A stretch of 63,260 bases of DNA, filler included, from 12 parts of 12 records of this genome joined end to end with filler, not necessarily neighbours in it, one strand, 5' to 3'; shown: positions 11,539 through 23,419, counted from the whole stretch's first letter. Program-made: numbers and translations. The notes: generated by a model from the letters alone, not told the origin.

Positions 11539-13140
11539 ATGTCGGGCGGCTCGATCGCGCTGAAGCCCTACCTCAACTGCATCAGGGCGACGCTCAGCGC
11601 GGCGCTGTGCCTCGAGAACTTCGGCTGCCAGCATGTCGGTGCGTGCGCCACACTACCTGCAGTGGATACAGCGAGGATGGGGCACTGTATACAGTAGTGG
11701 ATAGGTGGGTGGGGGGCAGATCGGTGGGTGGGGGGTATATGTATGTGGGTGGGTGGGTCGCTCGGTGCACTGTGGACAGCTCGCTCCGTACGCTCTGTAC
11801 ACTATCTACAGCGAGGGATGGACGGGCAGTAGACGGACGCTATGCCTGGCTCCCTGCCCGCCTGTCTGTCTGGCTGTCTGCCTGCCTGCCTCGCTCGGCG
11901 CGGGGGTGAGTGGCGTGTGTATGCCTCTGTCTCTCTGTGTGGGTGGCTCTGTCGTGTGCATGCATCTTCCTTGCCGGTTCTCCGCATTCTTGTATGTCTC
12001 GAGAGTATGTCTCGAGAATTTCGGCTGCTACCATGGCCACTCCGGCCACTCCCTCTGCGTGCGTGTGTTCCAACGCTCGCCGTATCTCTCTCTGTGTCTC
12101 TGGCTGTCAGCACGTCGGTAAGCCAGCAGGGACCTTGATGAGACTCGTGTGTCCCTCTTCCTCTTCCTTGTCTTCCTCCCCGCACTCTGTGTGTCTCTTC
12201 GTGCTCCGGCTACGCGGCCGCCCGTCCCCTTTGACTGGGGCGAGACGACCGTCCGCTGTGCCCCTCCCCGTCCACCCGGCATGCCTCCAGTCAGCGGAGT
12301 TTCAAAGGGCGGCGGAATGTAGTGTCGCTGGCTATGGTGGCTGTAGCATGGGCAGGTGGCCAGGGGAGCGTGGTGGACTTTGGCTGTGTGTGCGGGTTGA
12401 GGGCTGCGGCTGAGAGACTCAGGTGTGTGCGGGTGTGCGCGCGTGCAGAGCGCTACAACAAGCCAGAGGTCGAGGCTGCGGTGGAGGGGCAGACCATCCC
12501 CACGACCAAGGAGGCGCTGCTCAACCCGGTCGTGATTAGCCGCAACGACCAGGAGAGAACGCTGATCGAGCCGTCCATCAACTCGTGCCGCATCAGGTCC
12601 GTGCCCGCCCCAGCAAGCCAGGGAGGACAGCTCGGCGCGTGTGCGCTCGGCACCGTGGTGGACTGCGCAGGTGGCGCCTAACCTCCGCCGTGTGCGTGGT
12701 TGCGCGGATGCAGCATCCGGATCAAGCAGCTCGACTCGATGGACACGATCCTCACGCAGAAGTTCACCCGGTTCTTAATGCAGCGTGCGGACAAGTTCAT
12801 CATCCTGCGGCGCAAGGCAGTGAAGGGCTACAACATCAGCTTCCTGGTGACCAACGCGCACATGGAGTACCTGATCAAGTCAAAGCTGATCGACTTCATC
12901 ATCAAGTTTATGGAGGACGTGGACAAGGAGATTAGCGACATGAAGATCACCGGTACGTGCTGCTGCTCCTGTGACGGCTCTGCCCACCTGCCGGTCACCC
13001 GCAGCCCGTTCGCGTCTCGTGTGGACTACGCTTTCTGCTCACGACAGTCGCTGGCGTGCCCAATGTGTGGTTGCGTCCCAATAGTCAACACAAGAGGGCG
13101 TGACGTGGCAAAGGAGTTCTTGCAGCAGTTCATCGCTTGA
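11539..13140 (+). CDS. ARPC4: Actin-related protein 2/3 complex subunit 4 (p20-Arc)
   Basis: Exons 11539-11638, 12449-12596, 12714-12952 and 13085-13140 splice to [42 protein letters not shown]...[17 protein letters not shown]...[10 protein letters not shown]...[28 protein letters not shown], the canonical ARPC4 sequence. Confidence 0.97.
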
Positions 13141-13417
13141 CCTACTGCATCACACGCCCTGGCGTTGATGACGTTCTCTTTATCGGCGCTGGTGCCGCTT
13201 ATATCATCAAGCAGCCGCGTTGCGTACTTTGCTTCGTGTAGTGCCTGGTGGTAGCGCAAATTCAGCGCGCATGTATCGCTTTACCAGCTTCTGTCGCGTT
13301 CATCTACAGTCATCATGCATTACATAACGTCGGGCGCACTAGCGCTCGGCAAAACGAGCAGCACCATTGCAGTAGTGCAGTTCCGCCGTGCTACCATAGA
13401 GGCACAGGCCTTCGAAT

Positions 13418-15012
13418 CTAGAATTCTCCTCCGTCTGCCCGACGGGACTTTTCCTTGCGCCGTCTCGCGCGCCCCTTACCTTGCCTGTGCTTGCTCTCGG
13501 TAGCGCCCGCGCCAGCTTCCCCATGCTCATTGGCCGCTTCGTCGCCATCAGCGTCCTCCAGGTGGGCGACCCATCGTGGATTACATGTGAGAGGCTGCAG
13601 CTTGCACCTGCATGCACAGCTGAGTGAGATGCAGTAATATCCGCCCCTCAAGGTGCCCGCAGATTTTGCATGTCACTTGGTCATGGTGACATCAAGCTGA
13701 ACTCACGCGCATCGAACCAGCCTCTGAACCTTCGGTTTCGGTGGCAGCTCTGACCAGTCTGCTCCCAGGCACGTATCGCTAACACCCTCTCCCTGCCCAC
13801 CGTTGATCGGATCGTGTTTGCTCCATTCTCGAATGTGCTCCAATACATTGTTGACAGAGTGCTCGTTCATATACTGGCTAGCGAAACCCACTGTCGTCGT
13901 CGCGTGATAAACTTGATGCCTATCGCGGCACCAGCACCAAGCGTAGATGTTAAGTGACAAAGGTAGAACAACCAAGCTGCGTGACTCGGAGCAGGCACGG
14001 CCTGTGTGCTGAGAAAAAGGAGCTCTGTGCTCGTACGCACCACCAGCCCGACGGGATCCAGACGACATCGCCAGCACGCTGCACAAACTGCAGATCGTGC
14101 TCCATTGCTCGATCGATAAACGGGATATGATCTGCGTCGGGTCGAAACGAAGCTTCCACGGTGCCCGCCGCCGCTGCAGCGTCAGGCCTGAAGTGGAATG
14201 AATTCGCCGGGGACATGTAGTTAGCAGAAATATTGCCCTGTTTTCCTGTCCTCCGATAGTGCATCCACTCTGGATCCACGCTGGGCGGAAGGAAGCGCCA
14301 GTAGTTCTCTCCCAAAAACAAAGAGTTCCAGCCTGCACGTCGAGTCATCCCATCAGTAGCGCGCACCCATGATGCCGTCGTCAGCTGGAGCAATCTTGAG
14401 TTAATCAGTTGCGTCTATGTACGCACCTGTCCAGTTGTAGCTGTCCACATGCAAGCCTGAAAACCCACCCTTGCCAGCAAAAATGAAGGCGCGATCTGTG
14501 GGCCGCAAGTCTGGCGGGAACCACTGAAACCAGTCTTCGTCGAATAGGTCAAAATGTTTCCACCACACCTCGCCGATATCCTCCATCGTTTCACCATTGG
14601 CGTAGGCCAGGTTTTCCGTCAGGCTGTACAGTGCCTTGTCGTGGCTGGACTGTGGCATCATGGACAAAAACGTTCCAAGCGTGTCCTCAGCGGGAATCTG
14701 CTTGAACAGTCCCTGCACTGAAAATTTGAGCTTCGTGTGCCCAAACCGTTGCTGGAGGGTGGGGATAGTCCATTGCATCGCAGGCCAGTGGTCCAGTGCG
14801 TGCTCCAAGATGAAGGGCCGCTGCTCGCTTTCTAGCTGCGAAAACCGCTCGCGAGACAACACCCTCGCGTCGACTCGCTCCACATCGCAGCAGCGGTGAC
14901 CGAAGCTCAGCTGAGCGGCCGTGTTCGACTTGGCACGCCCCTGCCGTTTGCGTCCCTCCAATGGCCCACACAAGGCCGCACCTAGGACCAACGCACACAG
15001 CCAGCGGCTCAT
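13418..15012 (-). CDS. Signal-peptide JmjC/cupin-8 2OG-Fe(II) oxygenase (JMJD8/JMJD4/6-like), 4 exons
   Basis: Signal peptide MSRWLCALVLGAALCG, then PFILEHALDHWPAMQWT, an HxD motif (SGLHVDSY) and QRAGDVVWIPSGWW|HQV (third metal ligand). The last exon ends ADGGEF* at 13418. Confidence 0.85.
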
Positions 15013-16428
15013 GGCAGAGTATCTGCCAGAGCCCCCCTCGCAAGTACCCTTCGTTCAGGTGCTGCGCCTCACGATCCGTTGCCCTGTCCTCGACCGCAGT
15101 CCCTAGCAGCCCGCTTTAAGGCCTTGGGTCGCACGCCCAGCCCATGTCCGCAGCCCTCCCTATAGTGCAGTATAGCCTGCACCGCACCCTGGTTGTGCCG
15201 GATGACGAGATGCTACACCACAACCACCGCTGCGCCAGGCCTGCCGCAAAGAGGAGCAACGACGAAACTGAGAGATTTTAGTGGGACGGGTGTCGCAACG
15301 CCGCGAGAGACCACAGGGCACTTGGAGAAAGGGGGTTGGTGAGTGGTCACAGGCGGCGCCCCCCGCACGCGTGGGTGAACCCGCGTTCGTGCGGGAGTGG
15401 GCGTGGTTGTTCTTGCATCGCATTCCGTCGACGCGCGTCCATGGGAAAGGACTAATACGTTGATTCACATATAGCGTGCGTATGATAGCCTAGCAGGCGG
15501 GGCGGGTGGGGAGCGGAGGCCTGACGGTAGGGCACGGGGAAGAAAGGCAGTCTGCGAGCTGATCATCCCGTCGTGTACGCACCCTTGCTCAACCTGGTGC
15601 GAGCCACCTGCCGCCTACCGCCCGCCGCAGCTCAGATGTTCGGCAAACACCTTCCCACGGTGTAGTCCATCGCATCCCGCCAGCCATCTGCCAATAGCTC
15701 ATAGGCGGCGCCCCTTGCACGCGTGGCAGCGGTCCTTCCAGAATGCATTCCGTCGACGCGCGTCCGCATGCAGAGAAGTTGGTACGGACCAACACGTAGG
15801 CTTACGGTGAGGCGCACGATAGTGAAGCAGCCTGCGAGCTATTATATACCCCTCGATCAGGGCCTGCGCTGCGGCGGGCGGTGCACAGCGTCGTGCAGCC
15901 CCCGGCCACGCTGGCAGCCAGCTGTGCACCGGCGATGCCGATGTTAGTTGAGATCTATCAAAATCAATGAGGATCCTCAACTCGATTTATCATACAGTAC
16001 ACATGTATCAATACACAATGGAATATCTCTCGAATCTCCCCGTGACCTTCAGTCGATTCAGAATTCAGTCGATTGAGCGGCAGATTTGGTGTGTTCCCAT
16101 TCTGTTCCCGCTGCATTCCCTTCCCCAGGCACATTCCCGTGAGGGCCGTGGCGCATGGGGAGGGCATGTGGGAGGACCACGGGGAGAGTGTAACCAGTAC
16201 ACGGAGTCAGCAAGCTGGCGCTGGGTCGGAATCCCGTGCTCCTGGTAGAAGGTTTTCGGAGTGGCGCATGTAGGTGTGTGTGTTGTGTGTTGTATGCGCG
16301 GGGAAGCATAGCATGCCATCGGCCAACGGCTTCAACCTAGATGCCAAGGTAAAAGGAGAGGGCACAGTGTTTTGTAGTGTATGGGTCGAGCCTAGACCAC
16401 ACGTTCATTTCTTCCTTCCTCATGCTCG

Positions 16429-17143
16429 TCAGGAGTGAAGTTGCTCATACTGCTGCGCTGGACACAAGCATCGCCACCATCGTGGTGAGGGGTGATGGCC
16501 TGAATCATGAGCCGTGGGCATGGTGCCTGGCGTCGGCGGCACGCCCTCCTCAACGGGTGCTGGCGCCATGATGCCTTCACCTTCCGCATCGCTCTGCTCC
16601 ACACCCACCGCAGCTTCTTGCTCAGCCTGAGGCTCCGTTGTGACTGCTACAGCCTGGTCAGCCACTGCCACAATCTCTGGGTCGCCCGACAAGAACAGCA
16701 AAAAGTGCGCCGAGTGCCTCACTCCCTCCTCCATCGCCGCCGTGGAGCAGTCGGTCATCTCGTTGTCGTACCAGACCGTCTTGCCCCGCTGTCGCAACAG
16801 GAAGCACAACATCTTGACCTGGTCGCCGGCGGCGGCCTGGCCATGGCTCAGGAAGAAGTCCCAGCAGCCCGGGTGGTTCAGACAGCGTGAGCTTTGGGCT
16901 GGACGGGAAGCTTTCGCCTTGTCGAGGATCCGATTGACCATAGCCTCGGCCTCGTAGCTGTTGCGGCGGTACACCACCGAAGCAACATTCAGCAGCCGCT
17001 CGTACGGTGTGCCGCGGTACTTGGTCCAGGCCTTTCCATAGTCGAAATGCGCTTGGCGCCGCTGCTCCTCTTCAAACACCGTGATGACCGGGCGCTGGTA
17101 CCGCTCCTGCCATCCGATCTCCTTCTGCACGAACTCGCGGTCG
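16429..17143 (-). CDS. TIR (TIR_2-like) domain protein, 5' partial
   Basis: WDFFLSHGQAAAGDQVKMLCFLLRQRGKTVWYDNEMTDCSTAAMEEGVRHSAHFLLFLS corresponds to TIR betaA-betaC. Upstream, REFVQKEIGWQERYQRPVITVFE...YRRNSYEAEAM corresponds to alphaC onward. The ORF runs off the contig end. Confidence 0.8.
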
Positions 17144-17243
17144 NNNNNNNNNNNNNNNNNNNNNNNNNNNNNNNNNNNNNNNNNNNNTTAATTAATTAAN
17201 NNNNNNNNNNNNNNNNNNNNNNNNNNNNNNNNNNNNNNNNNNN

Positions 17244-17267
17244 CAGCAGCAGCAGCAGCAGCAGCAG
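17244..17267. repeat. (CAG)n microsatellite at contig end
   Basis: (CAG)8. Similar tracts sit at contig ends at 22325, 54759, 58830-58846, 58947 and 63232-63260. Confidence 0.9.
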
Positions 17268-17554
17268 CTGCCGGCTCAGCAGATTGGCCTGACAGGCTCA
17301 GTTCCGGGTCAGACTATTTGACCAGTCAAAGCAGATGCACACGGACGTAGCAACGTAAGCACGATGAAAAGCAGGTCAAAGAAGACAATACGGTCGGAAA
17401 TATGTGTTACATCTCGCTATGTCTGAGGGCAACAGATCAGTTTGTGGTAACCTGTAGTGAACGCAGTTGGGGATGTCTGAGTCGACTACTCTCATCTCCT
17501 TCAAAATCCGCGTATGACTGCAGCCGCTCAAAGTGTCAATCTGAAGAGCCCTTT

Positions 17555-19412
17555 TCATATAAATTCAAGTAGAACGGCGATTCTACGCCACAGCTTGGCA
17601 GCCTCGTCACTATACAAGTCTTCGACTGTTAAACCACGTGCACTGGTCACACCTGCAGCCTGGCGCAGGCCGTTGTACAGGCCTGCTTTCAGAATCCCGC
17701 TGTCTTTTGCAACTCGTTGGAAAGGGGTAGACCAGCGGTCGACACAGTTTCGCTCGAGTACCTGCTCCGCAACTTCAGACTCTGTACATGTCTGAATCAA
17801 ACGCACAACCAGTTGTCTTCGCCAGTCGGGAAAGCCCATGCGGCACGAATCACCCTCCAGCTGGTCTGGGTTGGGATAGTCCCAAAGTAGCTCTGCCTCA
17901 GCCAGTGATCGCCATTCTGCTTCATTCGGCTCCCTGCGTGTGTAGCTTTCACGCTCGTCGTCATCGTTAGCAAGCCTAGCGTGGGGTGCGAGCCGCTCGC
18001 GTGTCTGCCACATATAGCTGAATGCTACGTTGCGGCCCCAGCTCCGAACGTAATGCAAGTGAAAAGCCGGGATGAAAAGACAATCCCCTGCCTCTACTAG
18101 TGCATGCGTCCACTCTGCGTCGGCAAACTCCTAGAAAAATCATGGGCAATCATCAATCCAGAGGGACGCTTAGACTCGGGGGTGGAGACTAGCCATGGTT
18201 GCGCAACATAGTATGGACTAGGTCGGTGTGCGACAGGCTCCATGATGATTGATGTGGCGATCGATCGATCTAATTTTATCTGCTTACCGGGAAGCGCAAC
18301 AGGTCCACTTTTTCGCCATCGATCGGCGAGTCGTCCGAGCCGCCAGGACAACAGTTTTGTTCATCATCGCACCGGAACGCACCAGCTTCAAGGCATGGCC
18401 GACGATAGTAATCCGACCACATCGGTACCTGAGTAAGAGTCGCTCTGAGATGAGTAATCGAGATGAGAGGCAGCAAATTGAAATGCAAGTCCGTGCGGAC
18501 ACTCACATCTTGAATTTCAGTCAGCGGGTCGATGAATATCCACTCCTTGACGCCTGACAGAACGCACATGACCTGATGATTTTGGTCGTAGTGAACAACT
18601 GAGGACGAAAAATCAAGCTCCGACGAGCCGCTGTCGTTCGCATCGCTGCTAGATCCAAACCCAAACCAATCAGTTCGCGATGGGGGCGGCCTTGGTGGCA
18701 GCGAGCGTAGATCCTGTGGCGGTGGAGTCAGCGGGGGGCTGTGGCTCATCCAGAGGTTTGCCTCGTAGAACGGGGTCGATCCACCTCGTCCCTCCGCCGG
18801 ATGCCTATCACCGCCACCTGCGAGGAAAGTTGGAGGTATGGTGATATCACGTCGCATGGGCGAAGGCAGCGACGAAATCACATACTCCTCTGTTCGGGCT
18901 GTGTCATTCCATCGATCCAGGAAATCGCCGAGATTTCTATACTGCTCCTGGTCGAGGCCAACTTTCCAGAGGTCAGAATCCTTCCATTCTGGGCACCTGA
19001 CGACCTCTCCGCGCTTCTCCATACCACAATAGTCAGACAGCCTGTTCTCTCGACGATACTCGACCTTCACCGTACTCTTGCCAAATTGCTCCGTGAGGTA
19101 TGCGTCTGTCCAACGTGAGTACGCCGGCGTGCGTGTTGCCATACGCTTGAACAGTGCTGGCTGGAGCAGGTCGACGTGATCACGCCAGAACTCGCCAGCA
19201 CCTGGCGGAGATTCAGCGGCGTCGGAGTACGTGCGCACGCTGCCTTTTGCGGGACGGTGCGCCGTGCCGCCATCGAGGATTGATCCCCGCGGCCAGCCAC
19301 CCAGCGGCTGCATGTGGCCAGGCGGAGGTGTATCACAGTTCTCATTCAAGCTGCCGCCAACGGAGCATACAGCGGCGCAGAGCAACAGAGCCAGAGCCAG
19401 AGCCGGAGCCAT
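17555..19412 (-). CDS. Secreted cupin-8/JmjC-family oxygenase, multi-exon
   Basis: Signal peptide MAPALALALLLCAAVC, then PGHMQPLG, PALFKRMATRTPAYSRWTDAYL, SSVVHYDQNHQVMCVLSGVKEW (HxD), VDLLRFP and EAGDCLFIPAFHLHYVRS. Confidence 0.85.
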
Positions 19413-20150
19413 CCTAGCTGCTGTGAAGACTACAGGAGATCAGATAGGCTCTATCCCTCCCCGCTCAAGCTGTACTATTCCACCTGGACCCTGCACCCCC
19501 GCGCAGCGGTCAAAAAGAACTTGAAATGAAGGACCCCCGCAGAGCCGACAGCGAGCGGCTGCCAAACGAACGCTCGCGAGCCGGCGTGCGTGCGTGGTCT
19601 GGGAGATCCGGCAAAACTTGTCTGTGTCACACAACCAACTATCAAGAACCATCTGATACTTGGTCTTGATCCTTGAGATTGCAGCGTGTCGACTGTCGAG
19701 TGGGCTCGAGGCTGTCGATTTTCTGGCCTTATGCTCGGTGGCACACACACAGCAGAAAGGGCGGGAGCGAAGAAGAGCCAACACTACCCCCCGCCTAGGG
19801 TAGACCCGGCTCTGCCCTAGGTGGCCTAGGAGTGCACCGCGGTGGTACACGACATGCACTGCTTCCGCACACGTGTGCGCACGCCATTGACACCAGGCAT
19901 ATGATTGTCAACTAGACACAAGGGATCCTTTATGCCCTGTCACTTAGACCTTTCGCAACTTATGCTTAATGACGCGATCGCGCTGACCCGGCGCAGTGGC
20001 GATCGCCGCTCGCAGCGCCTGTGTGGCAGGGCCATTCTGCGCCGTCGTGTTCTTCTTCCTCGCCTCAGCACGCGCCTGCAACCGCCACGAAGCCCAGCGG
20101 CAACGAGTATGCTAAGAGCTCGTAGCTCTGTGCAAAAGTGAACGGTGGCA

Positions 20151-21952
20151 TTACGTTTCTGTTCCGCGCACCCAATCCTCCACCACGGCGAGAAATGGCC
20201 TGCCAGCCTTCTCCACCGAAGCCCCACAGGAAAGCAAGCTGCCACATGCAGCCAATGCAGGATGCATCAGAACTATCGCCTACATACATGCCAACAGAAG
20301 TTGGGCAAAGGCGGTGGCTTGCGTACTGCTCCACCATCCGCCATTGCTTGCCACATGCCGCATGGAACAACAAGCCCGCGCCTGCAAAGTCGGTGTGTGG
20401 GTCTGTTAAGTCAAGGACAGACTGCTGCGACACTTTGCCACCGCTGGCTGACAACGCCTCGGCAACGCCCGCGTCCAGCGCGCGAGTGTCGCCAAGAAAC
20501 GCAGCGTCGAATACATCTAGCTTTGCTCCATGGCTCTGCAGGTAACTAGCGACTGCGTCGCAGCGCAAGTTGTTGCACGCTCAGGCTGTGCGACTTGAAC
20601 GATCTCAGATCCTTCGAAAATAGTCTAAAAGGGTCCTGATCTGAGGGATCTGCTTACCAGCTGTCTGTTTCTTGCACAGCGCCGCAGCCAGCGGTGAGAT
20701 CGCAAGCTTCGCTGCGGGAATCGCGGCCAGGCCGGCAGGCCGAACGAAACTCAAGCCATTGTTAAGGGTAGCCGGAAGACCAACTGAAGCACCGTGTGTC
20801 TCGACCTGCAGGCAGAGTCACAATTTCACATCGTGCTGTACGTAAGGAAACGTGTAGTAGAATGATAAAGGCCGGAAGCAAATCGCAAAGCTGGAAACAA
20901 GCAAGGCGTACGAGAGTCCGAACAGCCGCGAGCTCGCCCTTGGCTGCCGCAGCGACCAGAAGATCTCCATCTTGCCCCGTCCCTCGAACCAGCATTCCAG
21001 GATGCGAAGGAAGCAACGCGTCTAGCGCTGCGACGTCGCCCATCGCTGCGAGCATAATACGTCACCATCGCAAAGATCGACACAACAAATACATCAACAA
21101 TTGTCAGGTAGAACAGTACCAGGAACAAAGCAAGGGCATTCGGCTTTTCGATGCGTACCTGACAGTTTTGTTCCATCTTTGTACTCGGTGGCTCGGTGGC
21201 AATCAAACAGTTTTTCCCCTGGTCGGGGCCCCGTCGTGGGATGGTTCACCAGCGCTCGGGCTAGCGGAGTCGCATGCGCTAGCAACGCTGCCGCGGCTTG
21301 GCTGTCGGGAATGCACTTGGCAGCAGCTGCACGCAGGTGAGCGAGCCAGCACTCGGCGTGCTCAGGTGTGATGAGCAGCGTCAGACTGTGGCGGTTCAGC
21401 ATGGACGTGTAGTTGACTGCGTGTACGCCGTACTTCTCGGCATAGTCGTTTGGCGTGTTGGTCCAGTCTCTTGGCCCACCGAGCATTTCTGTCCCCAGAA
21501 GCAGGTCTGAGCGTGAACCTCTTTGTCAAAGTTGCGGATGAACATCTTTTGGATTGCAGGGTCGGCGTGCAGTCGGGTGTACAATTCTTGCAGCGTAGCG
21601 TGTAGGCACTTTCGACCACCCACACGCTCGAACAGTGTGGCTTCGCCCTTGCCCGTCTGTGGGAACAGACTGTGCCCATCTGGCAGACGTGCGCATAGCC
21701 CACCACGGTGTGACAGCACCGAGTCGAATGGGCAGCGGGCGGCGCCTTCAGCCCTGTCCCGCGGAACACAACGAACACCGTACTGAGCTTCCGTACTCCA
21801 CCAAGCTTGCTGAAATTGCGTACTCCACCAATGTTTGCAGCGTGGACCCACCGCATGCCACCGTTCTGCATCGGTGGAGACGTCCTCTGCCGTGCTGGTG
21901 CTGGGGCAGCGGGAGCCGGCTGCTCAGAGCGCTGCGAACTGCGCCGCTTCAT
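20151..21952 (-). CDS. Truncated (2/2) haemoglobin - ankyrin repeat fusion, multi-exon, with an apparent 2-nt frameshift near 21490
   Basis: TLFERVGGRKCLHATLQELYTRLHADPAIQKMF...QTCFW/ /MLGGP...MLNRHSLTLLITPEHAECWLAHL has the 2/2 globin layout. Spliced ankyrin-like repeats follow (LLVAAAAKGELAAVRTLVETHGA, SPLAAALCKKQTAVASYLQSHGAKLDVFDAAFLGD, LLFHAACGKQWRMVEHLLSCGASV). Inferred stop TAA at 20151-20153. Confidence 0.75.
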
Positions 21953-22426
21953 CGTTCCGTGCTGTACGTACTGCATGGTACAGGCAGTCCGTCCGTCGCG
22001 ACGTATTCCCGCGCGCGCGGCGCCGGCGCGACGACGCGCGCGGGGTAGCCTGGGCGATCACAATGTGATTTCCAGGTCCGAGGTCGAGATGCGGTGCCAA
22101 ATTGGGTGACGAGGCACGTGGGGCTGTGTGTTCGGTGTATTTTAAATCAAAATGTAAAGAACAAAGTGTCCTTCGCACACTACTCTCACTACGCTTAGAC
22201 GCACAGCCGACCGTCACCTACTAGNNNNNNNNNNNNNNNNNNNNNNNNNNNNNNNNNNNNNNNNNNNNTTAATTAATTAANNNNNNNNNNNNNNNNNNNN
22301 NNNNNNNNNNNNNNNNNNNNNNNNCAGCAGCAGCAGCAGCAGCAGCAGCATTCGTGGGAAGAGGAGGAAACGGGTGAACGAGGAGCTCAGCTGACGCTCA
22401 CGCCAACCCCAGGGTGGAACCAAGAT

Positions 22427-23419
22427 GTGTATCGAACCCAGGCGAAGGCAGATCGCCTTACTTCGATGTCGACAGAGCTAGCGTTGATCAAAAACCGCTT
22501 GCGTGCAATGTCATATGGGGTGGGTGGTGAGGATCCAAGGAGACTCTTCGATCACTTTGATCGTGACAATTCAGGCTATCTCGACTTTGGGGAGTTTCGC
22601 TCCGCCATGCGGAAAGCTGCGCAGGTTACGATTGCGATGATGTCTGATGCTGACCTGCGCAAGATTTTCTACGCCGTCGATGCCAATGATGATGGCGATG
22701 TTAGCTTGGATGAACTGACCTCATTCATCTGGTGCGACACCGAATCGAGATCTGGAGGGGGGAGTCCTAGCGACACGCTACTTAGCGTCAGTTCATCCTT
22801 GCAGCAGGATGATGAGGATGTCTACTGGACTCACAGCGGAAAAGTGCGCACCCCGCAATCGCAAGAGCAGGACAGTCAGCGGCTCAGTGGGCAATTGCCC
22901 GCACACTGGAGGGCCAGCGGTGTTGTCGCCAAGAATGACAAGGTAAGGCGGAAGAAACAACAGCCACAGCATTCGGCACCCGTCGCTGGCGCCGGATTTC
23001 TTTCGCCAACACGCTCCTACCAGACCAGGCTCGCGGAACAGGCACAGAAATCCAAACGGAAGACCAAACAGGCTGTCGACGGAGTCCCACGCTTCGGACC
23101 AGATGCTCCACACCACAAGCGGGATCCCGTTCCAGGTGTTGGTAGCTACAGTCCAGTCGACAAGGATTCGATCGCAGCAAAAGCAGTGGCGGCCACAGAG
23201 GCGGGTAAGCGGCGCTCAGCACCTACCTCACCTCGGACAAGGACGATAACTGCCGATGATGAGGCGAGACGTGCGCTAGGCGGGGGAGTTGCTGGGCGCA
23301 GCCAGTGGGTGCGCGACAGCGCTGGAGCAGGGGCAACTGTGCCGATGCGATTGGGGCATGAGCGTGGATTGGCAGGCAAGAAGCCGATTATTACGGGCCG
23401 TTGCACATTCAACGGCTGA
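22427..23419 (+). CDS. EF-hand pair protein with low-complexity tail (ends uncertain)
   Basis: Two canonical Ca-binding loops, DRDNSGYLDFGEF and DANDDGDVSLDEL. One PGVGSY motif resembles a SHIPPO repeat. Confidence 0.75.
   Translation: MYRTQAKADRLTSMSTELALIKNRLRAMSYGVGGEDPRRLFDHFDRDNSGYLDFGEFRSAMRKAAQVTIAMMSDADLRKIFYAVDANDDGDVSLDELTSFIWCDTESRSGGGSPSDTLLSVSSSLQQDDEDVYWTHSGKVRTPQSQEQDSQRLSGQLPAHWRASGVVAKNDKVRRKKQQPQHSAPVAGAGFLSPTRSYQTRLAEQAQKSKRKTKQAVDGVPRFGPDAPHHKRDPVPGVGSYSPVDKDSIAAKAVAATEAGKRRSAPTSPRTRTITADDEARRALGGGVAGRSQWVRDSAGAGATVPMRLGHERGLAGKKPIITGRCTFNG

Noticed and set aside
11607-12413. Several 100-170 aa ORFs in ARPC4 intron 1
   Set aside because: Low-complexity GT/CT-rich intron sequence. 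The flanking exons splice cleanly into complete ARPC4.
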